From assembly GCA_951406725.2 (NCBI GenBank), contig OX597817.1:154256001-154320000 (forward strand): 64,000 nucleotides of DNA, written 5' to 3'. Source of the DNA: Octopus vulgaris (lineage: Eukaryota). The notes beneath the pieces are model-generated. The model searched no databases. It was not told where the DNA came from and saw only the letters and a list, made by a program, of their open reading frames with translations. Both the position numbers and the translations under genes were made by a program. Every line of letters starts with the position of its first letter. The first letter of the stretch is position 1. Positions 53,316-64,000 of this stretch are shown here, piece after piece.

Positions 53316-53354
<39 letters not shown>

Positions 53355-53355
53355 A

Positions 53356-53629
53356 CAGAATAGACTGAAAAACTACAGAAGATTTGTATTATATGGTTAA
53401 AAATACATTAATATCGTCATATTAGGAAAATTATATAAACTTTTGTGTATAGTGACATTGTTTTTAGGGATGTCACTATACACAAAATTTTATATCATTT
53501 TCCTAATATGGCGATTTTAATATTTTTTTAACCATACAATATAAATCTTCTGCAGTTTTTTCATTCTATTTTACTTTTTATACATTCAACCACGTGCTTT
53601 TACATACCAACTCTCTCACCCACATACAT

Positions 53630-53630
<1 letters not shown>
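53356..53630. repeat. Asymmetric palindrome (arms ~53356-53458 / 53470-53572, plus extension)
   Basis: ttttgtgtatagtgacat / atgtcactatacacaaaa and flanking matches. Confidence 0.88.
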
Positions 53631-53688
<58 letters not shown>

Positions 53689-53927
53689 CGGAATTGTCAT
53701 TTTACCAGTCTAACCAATAAAAACACACGCACTATATATTTGGTGTTACTTTGCTTCAGTGTTATTTATTTTTTACATTAAACTTAATCTTATTTCGGCC
53801 AGAGTTCTTTCGTCACACTCCTGTGACCGCATCAGTGGTCCTTTGCTTTCTTCTTCCTTATTTGTGTGTCTCTCCTTTCTAACCGTCAGCTATTTTGTAT
53901 TTCTATTGTATGTGTCTTCATTTGCCA

Positions 53928-54799
53928 ACTTCAATATTTTGATGGCAGACCTCGTCAGAATAATGAGAAATGTGTCCCGCATGTACGAGCCTACAGAGTT
54001 AAAGAGACACATACAACATTTCGTTCACCGCATGCAGTTCTCAGGTTACAGCCATAAAGAAGGGATTAGAGTATACAAAGGAGCCATGAAGAAATTTGAT
54101 ACTATCTTAAGTAATGATAGGAATGGGATTTGCCCACTCTATAGGAGCAAGTCATGGAACACTATGGAAAGGACAAAGATGAAAATAGGGAAGGCCAACT
54201 CTTGGTATGATAGCCACAAATACCAGAGTGTCATGTTCGTTGACACCACCCCTAGAGGTGAACTGGCGTACCGCTTTAGAAGGACGCTAGACAAACTTAA
54301 GCTAAGGATTAAGTTTGTTGAAAAGCCAGGCAACCCTATCAAATCCATAATCGGTAGAACCTACCTTTTTAGTAGAACTCCCTGTACGGATAGGTACTGT
54401 ACTATGTGTAGATTTAGCCCACAAACAAACTGTAAAGCCAGAAATGTAGTCTATAGTATAAGATGTATAGAGGGACGATGCAGTAACAAGACAACGACAT
54501 ACGCAGGGGAAACGGCACGAAGCATAGGAGAGCGAATAAATGACTATTGGAGGGAACTTAAGGAAGGAAAGAGCTCCTCGATTCTATACCAACACGCCGA
54601 GCAGGAACACGGGGGCTCAATCAACAACATAGAAGTTAAAATCTTGTCCACACATAGAACAGACGCAACAATCAGACAAATTACGGAAGCTACACACATA
54701 ATAGAAGATAAACCTAGCCTGAATAGGAAACTGGAATGGAACACTAGCACACCACAACATATGACAGAAGAGGATCCCCATAAACTGGTTACACTATAA
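53928..54799 (+). CDS. PLE ORF C-terminus: RT thumb, Cys linker and GIY-YIG endonuclease (Neptune-like)
   Basis: RMQFSGYS; PCTDRYCTMC...TNCKARNVVYSIRC...YAGETARSIGER...LYQH...RQITEA..I...KPSLN. The first ~56 aa of the listed ORF come from the inverted pseudo-LTR. Confidence 0.9.
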
Positions 54800-54983
54800 A
54801 CTAAACTGAAAACATAATAAAATAAAATACACAGATAAATAATCAAATGGAAGCAAATAACTATATACATTTTTTTTTAAATTAAAATTTTTTTTTTATT
54901 ATTACTAGTATTGTTGTTATACATACATACAAGCATACGTAATAATAATAATGATGATAATAATAATGATAATAATAATAATG

Positions 54984-55041
<58 letters not shown>

Positions 55042-55280
55042 TAATAAGTGGATGTAAACACATGAACAAAAGAATAAACAAAAACAAAAACAAATTACAC
55101 GAACGTATTTAAACAGAAGATACAAATATTACAGGCATTTTCCCACACACACACACTAACTAAACATAGGCGCACATAGAGATATACGCATGCGCAAATG
55201 AAGACTCATACAATAGAAATACAAAATGGCTGATGGTTAGTAAGGAGAGACACACAAATAATAAAGAAGAAAGCAAAGGA

Positions 55281-55320
55281 CCACTGATGCGGTCACAGGA
55301 GTGTGACGAAAGAACTATGG
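55281..55320 (+). ncRNA. Minimal variant HHR in the PLE pseudo-LTR (copies at 53799-53838 and 35202-35241, minus)
   Basis: cca-CTGATGCG-gtcaca ggag tgtgac-GAAA-gaac-TA(TC in the other two copies)-tgg. Confidence 0.62.
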
Positions 55321-55498
55321 CTGAAATAAGATTAAGTTTAATGTAAAAAATAAATAACACTGAAGCAAAGTAACACCAAATATATAGTGCGTGTGTTTTT
55401 ATTGGCTAAACTGGCAATATGACCATTCCGAAATACAACAATATCTGTTTCAACACACGATTTCACATAAAAAATCTTGCACAACAAATATATAAACG

Positions 55499-55529
<31 letters not shown>

Positions 55530-56255
55530 GCATGTGCCTATATCTAATGCTTGTGTATGTGTGTGTTTATTGGTTTATGCCTGTATAAATATGGACACGA
55601 TTAAGATATTACCTGATAAGTAAATTCTTATAATCAAGCGAATATAATGTGATAATGATTACAAGTTGAGAATATCTACACATGGAAACAAAACTCAAAA
55701 CAAACGATCGGATGAATCTAAAACGATAGCAAAATGCTTTGAAGAAATTCAGTTTTGGTATATTTTAATTATAGGTATTGCTTTTAATGCTCGTATGCTA
55801 ACTTTGTTCAAAACCAGCAGCTCGAAATCTATAACACCTTCTCGACAGTAACCTCCTTTCCTATTTGATGTCGCCAACATTAAACTTAGATTCACTTCTC
55901 TATCACTTCCGTACTATCTCATCTAAACTGCTTAATTTGTGTGAATTTTATGGAAAATCCTTCCTTCACACTCTCTCTCGCCTTCTCTCTTTATAAATAC
56001 ATATATGCAAATACACACATACACACACACACACACATATATATATATAATAAACAATATGTATGTATGCATGTATGTACGTACGTATGTATCTGTGTGC
56101 GTATATGTGTGTGTATTTATATATATATATATATATAGGTACGTATGTATGTATGCATGTATGTATGCATGTGTGTATGTGTGTATGTATATGCATTTTA
56201 CTAGGCATGGTATTTTTCCTCAAATTTACTCTTCACTTTTTCTCGCTCACTTTTT

Positions 56256-56291
<36 letters not shown>

Positions 56292-56321
56292 GCTCTCTCC
56301 CCCCCCCCTCTCTCTCTCTCC

Positions 56322-56371
<50 letters not shown>

Positions 56372-57260
56372 CTTTATTTTACATTTAATTATATTCTCTA
56401 GCTATACCTTTCACAGCTGTCTCGTTGTCTCAATTTTTTCTTTCGAATCAAAAATGGCTTCCGTATCATTTTTCAAAATTTCTACTTCCGTATGTTTTTC
56501 ACAATCTTTATTACTTCCGCTTCCTCGCTTTCATTTTCTCTAACGTCATTTTTTCGCACGACATGTGTATGTATTTACGAATGTATACATGTCCGTATAT
56601 GTTTAATGTGTCCATGTGCGATTCTACTCTTTGGTGTGTTTTAATCTCTCTATTTTACATTATTTTACAATGTAATCCCTCTAACTTCACACGACTATTC
56701 TGTTAAATATTCTCTTCGCCCGGAAACTTAATGGCAGATTGTCAGTCATATTTTGTTTTGCTTTATGAGTTAGATATGCCAATCTATGTGCGTTTGTCAG
56801 ATTCGGTCCTACACTTTTTTTTTCGCTAACACATGCATTACAGAACATTATACAACTGTAAAGCTGCTGTTTAAAATGAGGATAAACCAGTATAAATGTA
56901 TGTATTCCTTTCATTCTTTTATCATTTAAATTTCTCGAATAAAGAAGGAGCCAGTCTCTAACAGAGACACAATAATACCACCTTGTTAAGAGTTATATGC
57001 TGTATTTTAAAATCTATGCACGTGAAAATGCAAATATGACCTTCTGTTAATGTCACTCTCAGCGTATATATGAGTTTGGTTCTTGTAATTTTTCTTGTTA
57101 TCTTTGTGAAATTTTTAAAGATTTAACAAGTGAATTCACGAAATGGAGTTTATTTTGCGACTTATCTGCTCCTTAAAGCATGACTTTTCAGGATTTGTGT
57201 CGGGATATCTTGTTCCATAACCAAGAACCTCATCAACGAAAGATACAAATGCGAATTTAT

Positions 57261-57474
57261 TCTTTTCTACTCTAGGCACAAGGCCCGAAATTTTGGGGGA
57301 GGGGGCCATTCGATTTGATAGACCCCAGTACGCAATTGGTACCTATTTTATCGACCCCGTAAGGATTAAAGGCAAAGTTGACCTCGGCGGAATTTGAACT
57401 CAGAGCATAAAGACAGACGAAATACTGCTAAACATTTCGCCCGGCTTGCTAACGTTTCTACCAGCTCACCACCA
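57261..57474 (-). mobile_element. SINE B subfamily with a different 3' end, TSD atacaaatgcgaatttatt
   Basis: Head and core shared; tail ...aaatttcgggccttgtgcctagagtagaaaaga. Confidence 0.88.
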
Positions 57475-58104
57475 TACAAATGCGAATTTATTGTCTGAGT
57501 ATTGTATTTATATACTTCTCTAAGATCTCTATTGGTCTTTTCTTCCTTTTTCCTTTATTTCCGAAATGACATTGATATGTGCTACTTAACTTCTTTTTAG
57601 AATATTGCAACTGTTTGACCCTATGTCTTACATAATGATGCTACTTTTTCTTTTATTTGCATTTCTTGACTGTTTCAGTGGGTATTACCTTCCAATATAC
57701 CTTACTGTTGTGTGTGTGCATGCATGTATGTATGTATGTATGTATGTATGTATGTATGTATGTATGTATGTATGTATGTACATATATGTACGGTTGTCTG
57801 TATGTATGTATTTATATATATATTCCTCACAACTTACTATCTTAATATATCGATCTCCTTGGTTCTCCTTCCTACCAATTACTCTATTTTAACTTCTACT
57901 TCTTGCAAGTTAAGGTACCATATAGGGGGTCACATTAGCTCCTAACATCCTGGTATTCTTATATTGTTTTTATTCAAGCATATATGTCATTATCCTTTGG
58001 CAATTTTGTTTTAGAATTGTGAATATCTATATTCATATTTTGGAATGTGTTTGCCGCGTTCATTCTTATGCTATCCTTGAGACATCATGCAAATATTATG
58101 ATAC

Positions 58105-58213
<109 letters not shown>

Positions 58214-58263
58214 TAGATACATTTTACATATTTACATAGTGTATCTATTCATATATATATATG

Positions 58264-58327
<64 letters not shown>

Positions 58328-58386
58328 TAGATACATTTTACATATTTACATAGTGTATCTATTCATATATATATATGTATATATAT

Positions 58387-58420
<34 letters not shown>

Positions 58421-60350
58421 CAGATACGTGTATGTGTGTGTGTGTTTATGTGAAGTTAATATATAAAAACAATCTAACATTAAATCGAAGAATTACTCAA
58501 TGTTTTTAAGTGCGTTTATTATTAGTCTTTTACAAGTAATTGGGTGACAGTAGTTTCGAAGATTCGGCTTGTTCACCATCACCAAATATTATATAGGTAT
58601 TTGTGTGTGTGAGTGAGTATGAGTGTGTGTGTGAGAGTGTACGAGTGTGTACGAGTGTATGTATCTATGTGTGTTTAATGTATGTGTTTGTATTTCTATA
58701 CAGGAAGCGGATACGCATGGGTTGTAAATTACTCAGGGTTTGAAAGTATTCAGTAAAACTCTCTAGAGCATTTATAAATTTTATCTCAAACTAAAATTAC
58801 ATAACAGATTGCGGTGATTAGTTTCACGCTACTCCGATTTTAAAGCTATCAATAGATTTTTAAAAACTTAAAACTAAAAGTCTCAGTTAATTTTCCATGT
58901 ATAACATTAAACCTAAACTTAATTATATACTCCATTTTAGTGGGGGGGGGAGGTGATGATTACATCCCAAACAAGACTTGGGGTCATTGTAGCATAATGG
59001 GCTACAAAGAAGAAAAAGAAAGAGCCTACAAATTGAAAAGATGTACAATGACAGAAAGCTAAAAGGATTAAATATCATGGATCAGAGGAAAACAAGATGA
59101 TGGTAGTGACTTCCAGAGAGCAGCAGTTCTAAGAAAGAAGTTTTTAAAATAAAGACATGACTAACATAAACCTCAACAGAGAAACGATGTGTTTGGGAAG
59201 CGAAGTGGAAGTGAGTACAAGATCCAAAAGTTCATTAGATCAATGACCACAGAAATATTTATTGAAAAGACACAACGATGAGCTAAACGTAGTAGAAAGG
59301 AAAAGACCTACCATGTTAACAACTCGGCCCTGAATTCAATCAGATAAGTTAACACTCTCAAGTAACCTGCCGGCTATGATTAATATGGATAATTTTTTTT
59401 GTGTAGGGCTACCTTGTGTTTCATCTCATATATTTTACTTCAACAAAATAGACCCTTGTTAAAATCAAGTGTTAAAGCGAAACGGATTTTATTGATAGAA
59501 TTGGTTACGCAAATGATATCCTTTTCAAACACGTAAAAATAGAAAATGTAAAATCAGTGAATTCACTGTCTTATTCAGTGTTATACTGACAGTCTCGTTC
59601 AGTGTCACTGTTAATACATATGTTGCTAAATATACTTTTTTTCGTGTTAGATAAACATTTCCCGACGAACCATATTTATGTAGCATTTTTATTAGAAATA
59701 ATGTTATGTTTCATTTCAGCTGCACACCTAATTTTGCGACAGAAATGTCAAACAGTAAAAGAATACTAAACTATCTGTAATTAGTACTTTCTTAACCTCA
59801 TAAGTTAACCATTAATTAATTCAGATCTTTCGACATCGATAGTTTATTTGGCAACGGTATTTACCGTTAATGATATCTTGGGGCACAGATGCATCATTTT
59901 GAAAACATCATTTAATTTGAATGAATATTAAGAAGTATTAAAACTCTTTTAGAATATATATTACAACATACAAAACCTTATATATTGGGAAACGACGCTT
60001 GTGCCCGAGCAAACTGATATTTTGTTTTATAAAGAATCCAGCTTTAACTCAAGTTCAGAGTTGATACCATTTTGCTGTCATAAAACAAAATACTTTTTAA
60101 AATAATTTGAATAATCTAATGGCTGAAAATCAAACAGTTCGATAATAAATTCAAACAACCTCTTAAACATTCAAAAATAGTATTTAATTGATTTGAATAA
60201 AAGTTTATTATTTTTACATCAAATATCAAAAATATGAACAGGCGTACGTCTGACAGCTTTATACAATAACGTTCCAGGAACATCAAAAATTTTATAATAG
60301 TTATGTGCATATTCAAGGGCTTTTTTTTAAAGATATTTATTCCATATATG

Positions 60351-60404
<54 letters not shown>

Positions 60405-60495
60405 GCTGTTTCATTTACTACATAGATTTAAAATCGGTAAATTGCGAAAGTAATTGTAGCAATCTATGTAATTTCAGCTTTAAAGATAGACTAAC

Positions 60496-60550
<55 letters not shown>

Positions 60551-60718
60551 CAGATATTCGTATAAGTGACTTTAGTGTGTCTTTGTATATAAATTCATGT
60601 GTTAGTTCTTTTATAATATTCAAACATCACTTTGCGATGAAATCCATAAATTGTAGGATATATGGAACATTATGCTAATTAAATTGTTTATCAAGTCATC
60701 AACTCTCATATAAATATA

Positions 60719-61016
60719 CTAGCAGTATCGCCCGGCGTTGCTCAGGTTTGTAAGGGAAATAACTATATAAGCATTTTTAGAGAGTTACTTCCCTTATATA
60801 ATAGCAAAAAAATGCATTAAAAATGGGAAAAATTGATGGTAATTTTTTTTTAAATCGTAGACTCATCGTAGACGCGTGCTAATACCCAGAAGGGCTCGAT
60901 ATGAATCACGACTATAAGATACCCGGTTTTGGTTAAACTGCACCGCAAAATGTGGGAGTAGTTAGGAATCTAAATCGTAGGAGACAGACACACAACTTGA
61001 CTTTTATATATAAAGA
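60719..61016 (-). mobile_element. Non-autonomous Helitron (~300 bp)
   Basis: Minus strand: A|TCtttatatataaaag...cctgagcaacgccgggcgatactgCTAG|T. Confidence 0.9.
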
Positions 61017-61086
61017 TATCTGATCAAAGTGGTATGCTTTTAGTTGAATTCAGTCATCACATATGTATGTATGCATGTATGTATGT

Positions 61087-61145
<59 letters not shown>

Positions 61146-61334
61146 ATGGGTACGTGGGTACGTGTGTGTGTGTGTGTGCGTGGGTACGTGAGTACGTGTG
61201 TGTGTGCACTGCCTGTATTCATGTCGTCATGTATTTATGTATGTTGTGGTTTCCTTTTTCAAATTTCTCTCCGATACTGAAATTACCATTCTTCATCGAA
61301 TAATAAATTAAAAAATATAGCTCTTTTATTTTTT

Positions 61335-61515
61335 CATCTTTTACTTGTTTCAGTCATTAGACTGCGACCATGCTGGGATACCGCCTTGAAGAACTTTGAG
61401 TTGAATTAAGCAATCTCAGTACTTACTTTTTTAACCCTGGTACATATTCTATCGGAGTCTATTGTCGAAACGTTAAGTTACGTGAACGTAAACATACCAA
61501 CACCGGTTGTCAAGT
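61335..61515 (-). mobile_element. SINE A 3' half (diverged), followed by (GGT)n
   Basis: ttttacttgtttcagtcattagactgcgaccatgctgg. Confidence 0.75.
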
Positions 61516-62179
61516 GGTGGTAGTGGTGGTGGTGGTGGTGGTGGTGGTGGTGGTGGTGGTGGTGGTGGTGGTGGTGGTGGTGGTGGTGGTGGTGGTGGTG
61601 GCAATCACTGACACAAGCACACACACACAGACACATGCACACATGTGTATCTCTCTGATTCCTTCTCTCTCTCTCTCTCTTGGTCACTGCTTCTGTCCTC
61701 AGCCTTCCACCCTCCTTGGTCCCCTCTCTCTCTGTCCCTCTTTCCCTCTCTCTTACCCCCTTCTCTCTCTTACCCTCTTGCGACTTGCTGCCTCAGCCAT
61801 TCCGTTGCCAACGGCCGCTTGTTCAACATGTGTCTCTTCACCGAAAAGGTAATTATTTTTCCACGCTTGCTGATAAATTGTTTTTGTGTTTCCTTTTGTC
61901 TCAAAGCCGTAGGGCGCCCGTGTCATCCTTGTTTTTAACCGTTACTGTCTTCAAAAAGTTTTTTTTTGTTTCATGTTCGTCTTTGTTGCGTTGCATTCTT
62001 TCCTTCTGGGTCTGGCCGATTCAGAGCAGATCTCAGAATTAAACAGCCGAAATCTGCGATGAGGAATCGGTTTCTGACTGAAGAACGAACGCTTTGAATG
62101 ACCCGTCTGTCTCTTATGTTCGTCCCTTCGTGTATTTCACGTTATTTATATATGTAAAGGTTTATTATATATATATATA

Positions 62180-62552
62180 TCTTTATATATAAAAGTGAAG
62201 TTGTGTGTCTGTCTCCTACGATTTAGATTCCTAACTACTCCCACATTTTGCGGTGCAGTTTAACCAAAACCGGGTATCTTATAGTCGTGATTCATATCGA
62301 GCCCTTTTGGGTATTAGCGCGCGTCTAATAATTTACCATAATTTTTTTTCATTTTAATGCATTTTTTCACTATTATGTAAGGGAAGTAACTCTCTAAAAA
62401 TGTCTACGATGAATCAACGATTTTTAAAAAAATTTACCATCATTTTTTTTCCATTTTTAATGCATTTTTGCTATTTTTTGGCTATAACTCTCTAAAAATG
62501 CTTATATAGTTATTTCCCTTACAAACCCCAGCAACGCCGGGCGATACTGCTA

Positions 62553-62553
<1 letters not shown>
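62180..62553 (+). mobile_element. Non-autonomous Helitron, same family as 60719-61016
   Basis: A|TCtttatatataaaag...gcaacgccgggcgatactgCTAG|T. Confidence 0.92.
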
Positions 62554-62589
<36 letters not shown>

Positions 62590-62607
62590 TGTGTGTGTGT
62601 ATATACC

Positions 62608-62765
62608 CGACAGGCTTCTTTCAGTTTCCCTCTATCAAATCCACTCACAAGGCTTTGGTCAACCCGAGGCTATAGTAGAATACACTTGCCTTTGTGGGCC
62701 ACGCAGTGAGATTGAAACCAGAACCATGAGGTTGAGAAGCATGCTTCTTACCAGACAGCCAGCCT
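62608..62765 (-). mobile_element. SINE A 5' part
   Basis: cgacaggcttctttcagtttcc...ccactcacaagg. Confidence 0.8.
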
Positions 62766-62829
62766 TCAGCTTTTTGTTTTTTTTTTCTTTGACCAAAATT
62801 TGCTGCTGTTAATAATTATTTAAAATTTT

Positions 62830-63194
62830 TGCCACAAGGGCAGCTTGGGGAAGAGTCGATTAAATTTTTCAACTTATACATATTTTATCGATCTCGAATG
62901 GATGGAAAGCAAAGTCGACCTTGGCGGAAATTAAACTCAGAACGTAGCGACGGGTGAAATACCTGTTTCTTTATTATCCACAAGGGGCTAAACATAGAGA
63001 GGACAAACAAGGGCAGACAAACGAATTAAGTCGATTACATCGACCCCAGTGCGTAACTGGTACTTATTTAATCGACCCCGAAAGAATGAAAGGCAAAGTC
63101 GACCTCGGCGGAATTTGAACTCAGAACGTAGCGGCGGACGAAATACCGCTAAGCATTTCGTCCAGCATGCTAACGTTTCTGCCAGCTCGCCACC
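62830..63194 (-). mobile_element. SINE B dimer with the same junction as the pentamer
   Basis: Junction gggtgaaatacc|tgtttctttatt; the left unit is more diverged. Confidence 0.82.
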
Positions 63195-64000
63195 GATTCT
63201 GCCAGCTCACAAAGTTTCGGAAACAATTATTAATGAGAATATAATCAGTTTTGGGCTTGTAAAATCTTAAACATATGAAGGTGTTCTTCATTTTTGAGAA
63301 CTCTAGATGAAAACCTCACATGTGCCTCGAGGTTTGCTTTCACATCTGCATGTTACCTTATTTTCCGCAATATGCATTTGATGACAGTTTTAATTAGAAC
63401 TTTCCACCAATTTTTTTCCTAATTCCAAACGCATGGCTAGATTATTATGGATGCCGATGTCTTCATTTCTTCTTCTTTTCGGGATGTCCTTCTCACCAAA
63501 GGCTTCATATATTGATTTTTCAGTAACGCTGTGCCTCGTATGAAGGTAATAATCTGCTGACATTGTGCGCTTGCTGATTATGCAGATACTTGATATAGTC
63601 GACATTTTTATCACACAGATGCTAACGTTTGGCTCTTTTCTCTATAAATTGTTTTCTTTTTTTCATTTTATGAGTTATTTAGTTGCCCCAACGATATATT
63701 ATTACTTAGCTACTGTTTTCACTTCTGGCATTGTAAAGATATCTTCTGAAATACTATCCACGAAAATATTATCGTCTTTTTTCCTTCTGATCGCGGAACC
63801 TTTGAAATAATATTTTTTTCCGAGCAGCGAAAGCTTCAGTATTTTTCTTTGTTAAATTTCTGCTTATTATTACGTTTAGTACTTGGTAGGCAAGATGGCT
63901 ATCTGTCTGGATGGTCAGCAACAAGTGGGCTTGTTGGTCAGTTATCCGGTTTGATTGACTGTTCTATATCCTAACGTCTCTTGCAGGCTATACCATTTAT

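Larger units (their letters stand above)
52421..53317. mobile_element. Near-perfect ~770-bp palindrome (52421-52797 / 52815-53192) with a right extension; HHR-bearing PLE-like unit
   Basis: The arms differ at only a handful of positions; flanked by (TA)n; 30-bp direct repeat at 52807 and 53288. Confidence 0.92.
53684..55500 (+). mobile_element. 5'-truncated Penelope-like element with an inverted 5' pseudo-LTR (53684-53927) and a 3' pseudo-LTR (~55180-55500)
   Basis: The pseudo-LTRs are reverse complements; a GIY-YIG ORF lies between them; (TA)n flanks. Confidence 0.9.

Noticed and set aside
63240-63990. Coding-like minus-strand stretch (similar at 15100-15850, 22250-22760, 58960-59390)
   Set aside because: Many stops and no motif I can name with confidence; probably very old LINE debris.

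Overview
Eukaryotic, AT-rich, microsatellite-dense non-genic DNA. The SINE, Helitron and microsatellite content suggests an octopus/cephalopod genome (inference). No host gene could be supported, and most listed ORFs are microsatellite or antisense artefacts. The window is a mosaic of mobile elements: an apparently intact Tx1/L1-type LINE running off the left edge (ORF1 remnant and APE-RT ORF2 overlapping at ATGA); a 5'-truncated CR1-group LINE whose 3' tail is shared by an abundant SINE; RTE and R4/Dong remnants; two decayed mariners; a Tigger/pogo-like element; four Helitron-derived elements; four tRNA-derived SINE families, one forming 184-bp head-less multimers; and a Penelope-like element (PLE, GIY-YIG) with inverted pseudo-LTRs. 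The most notable unannotated signal is a dispersed set of type I hammerhead ribozyme (HHR) motifs from several sequence families. Many have palindromic stem III, long stem II or variant cores, and they sit in short non-coding units at (TA)n tracts, often built as asymmetric palindromes. The best example is a ~770-bp near-perfect palindrome with an HHR in each arm and a 481-bp terminally redundant unit.
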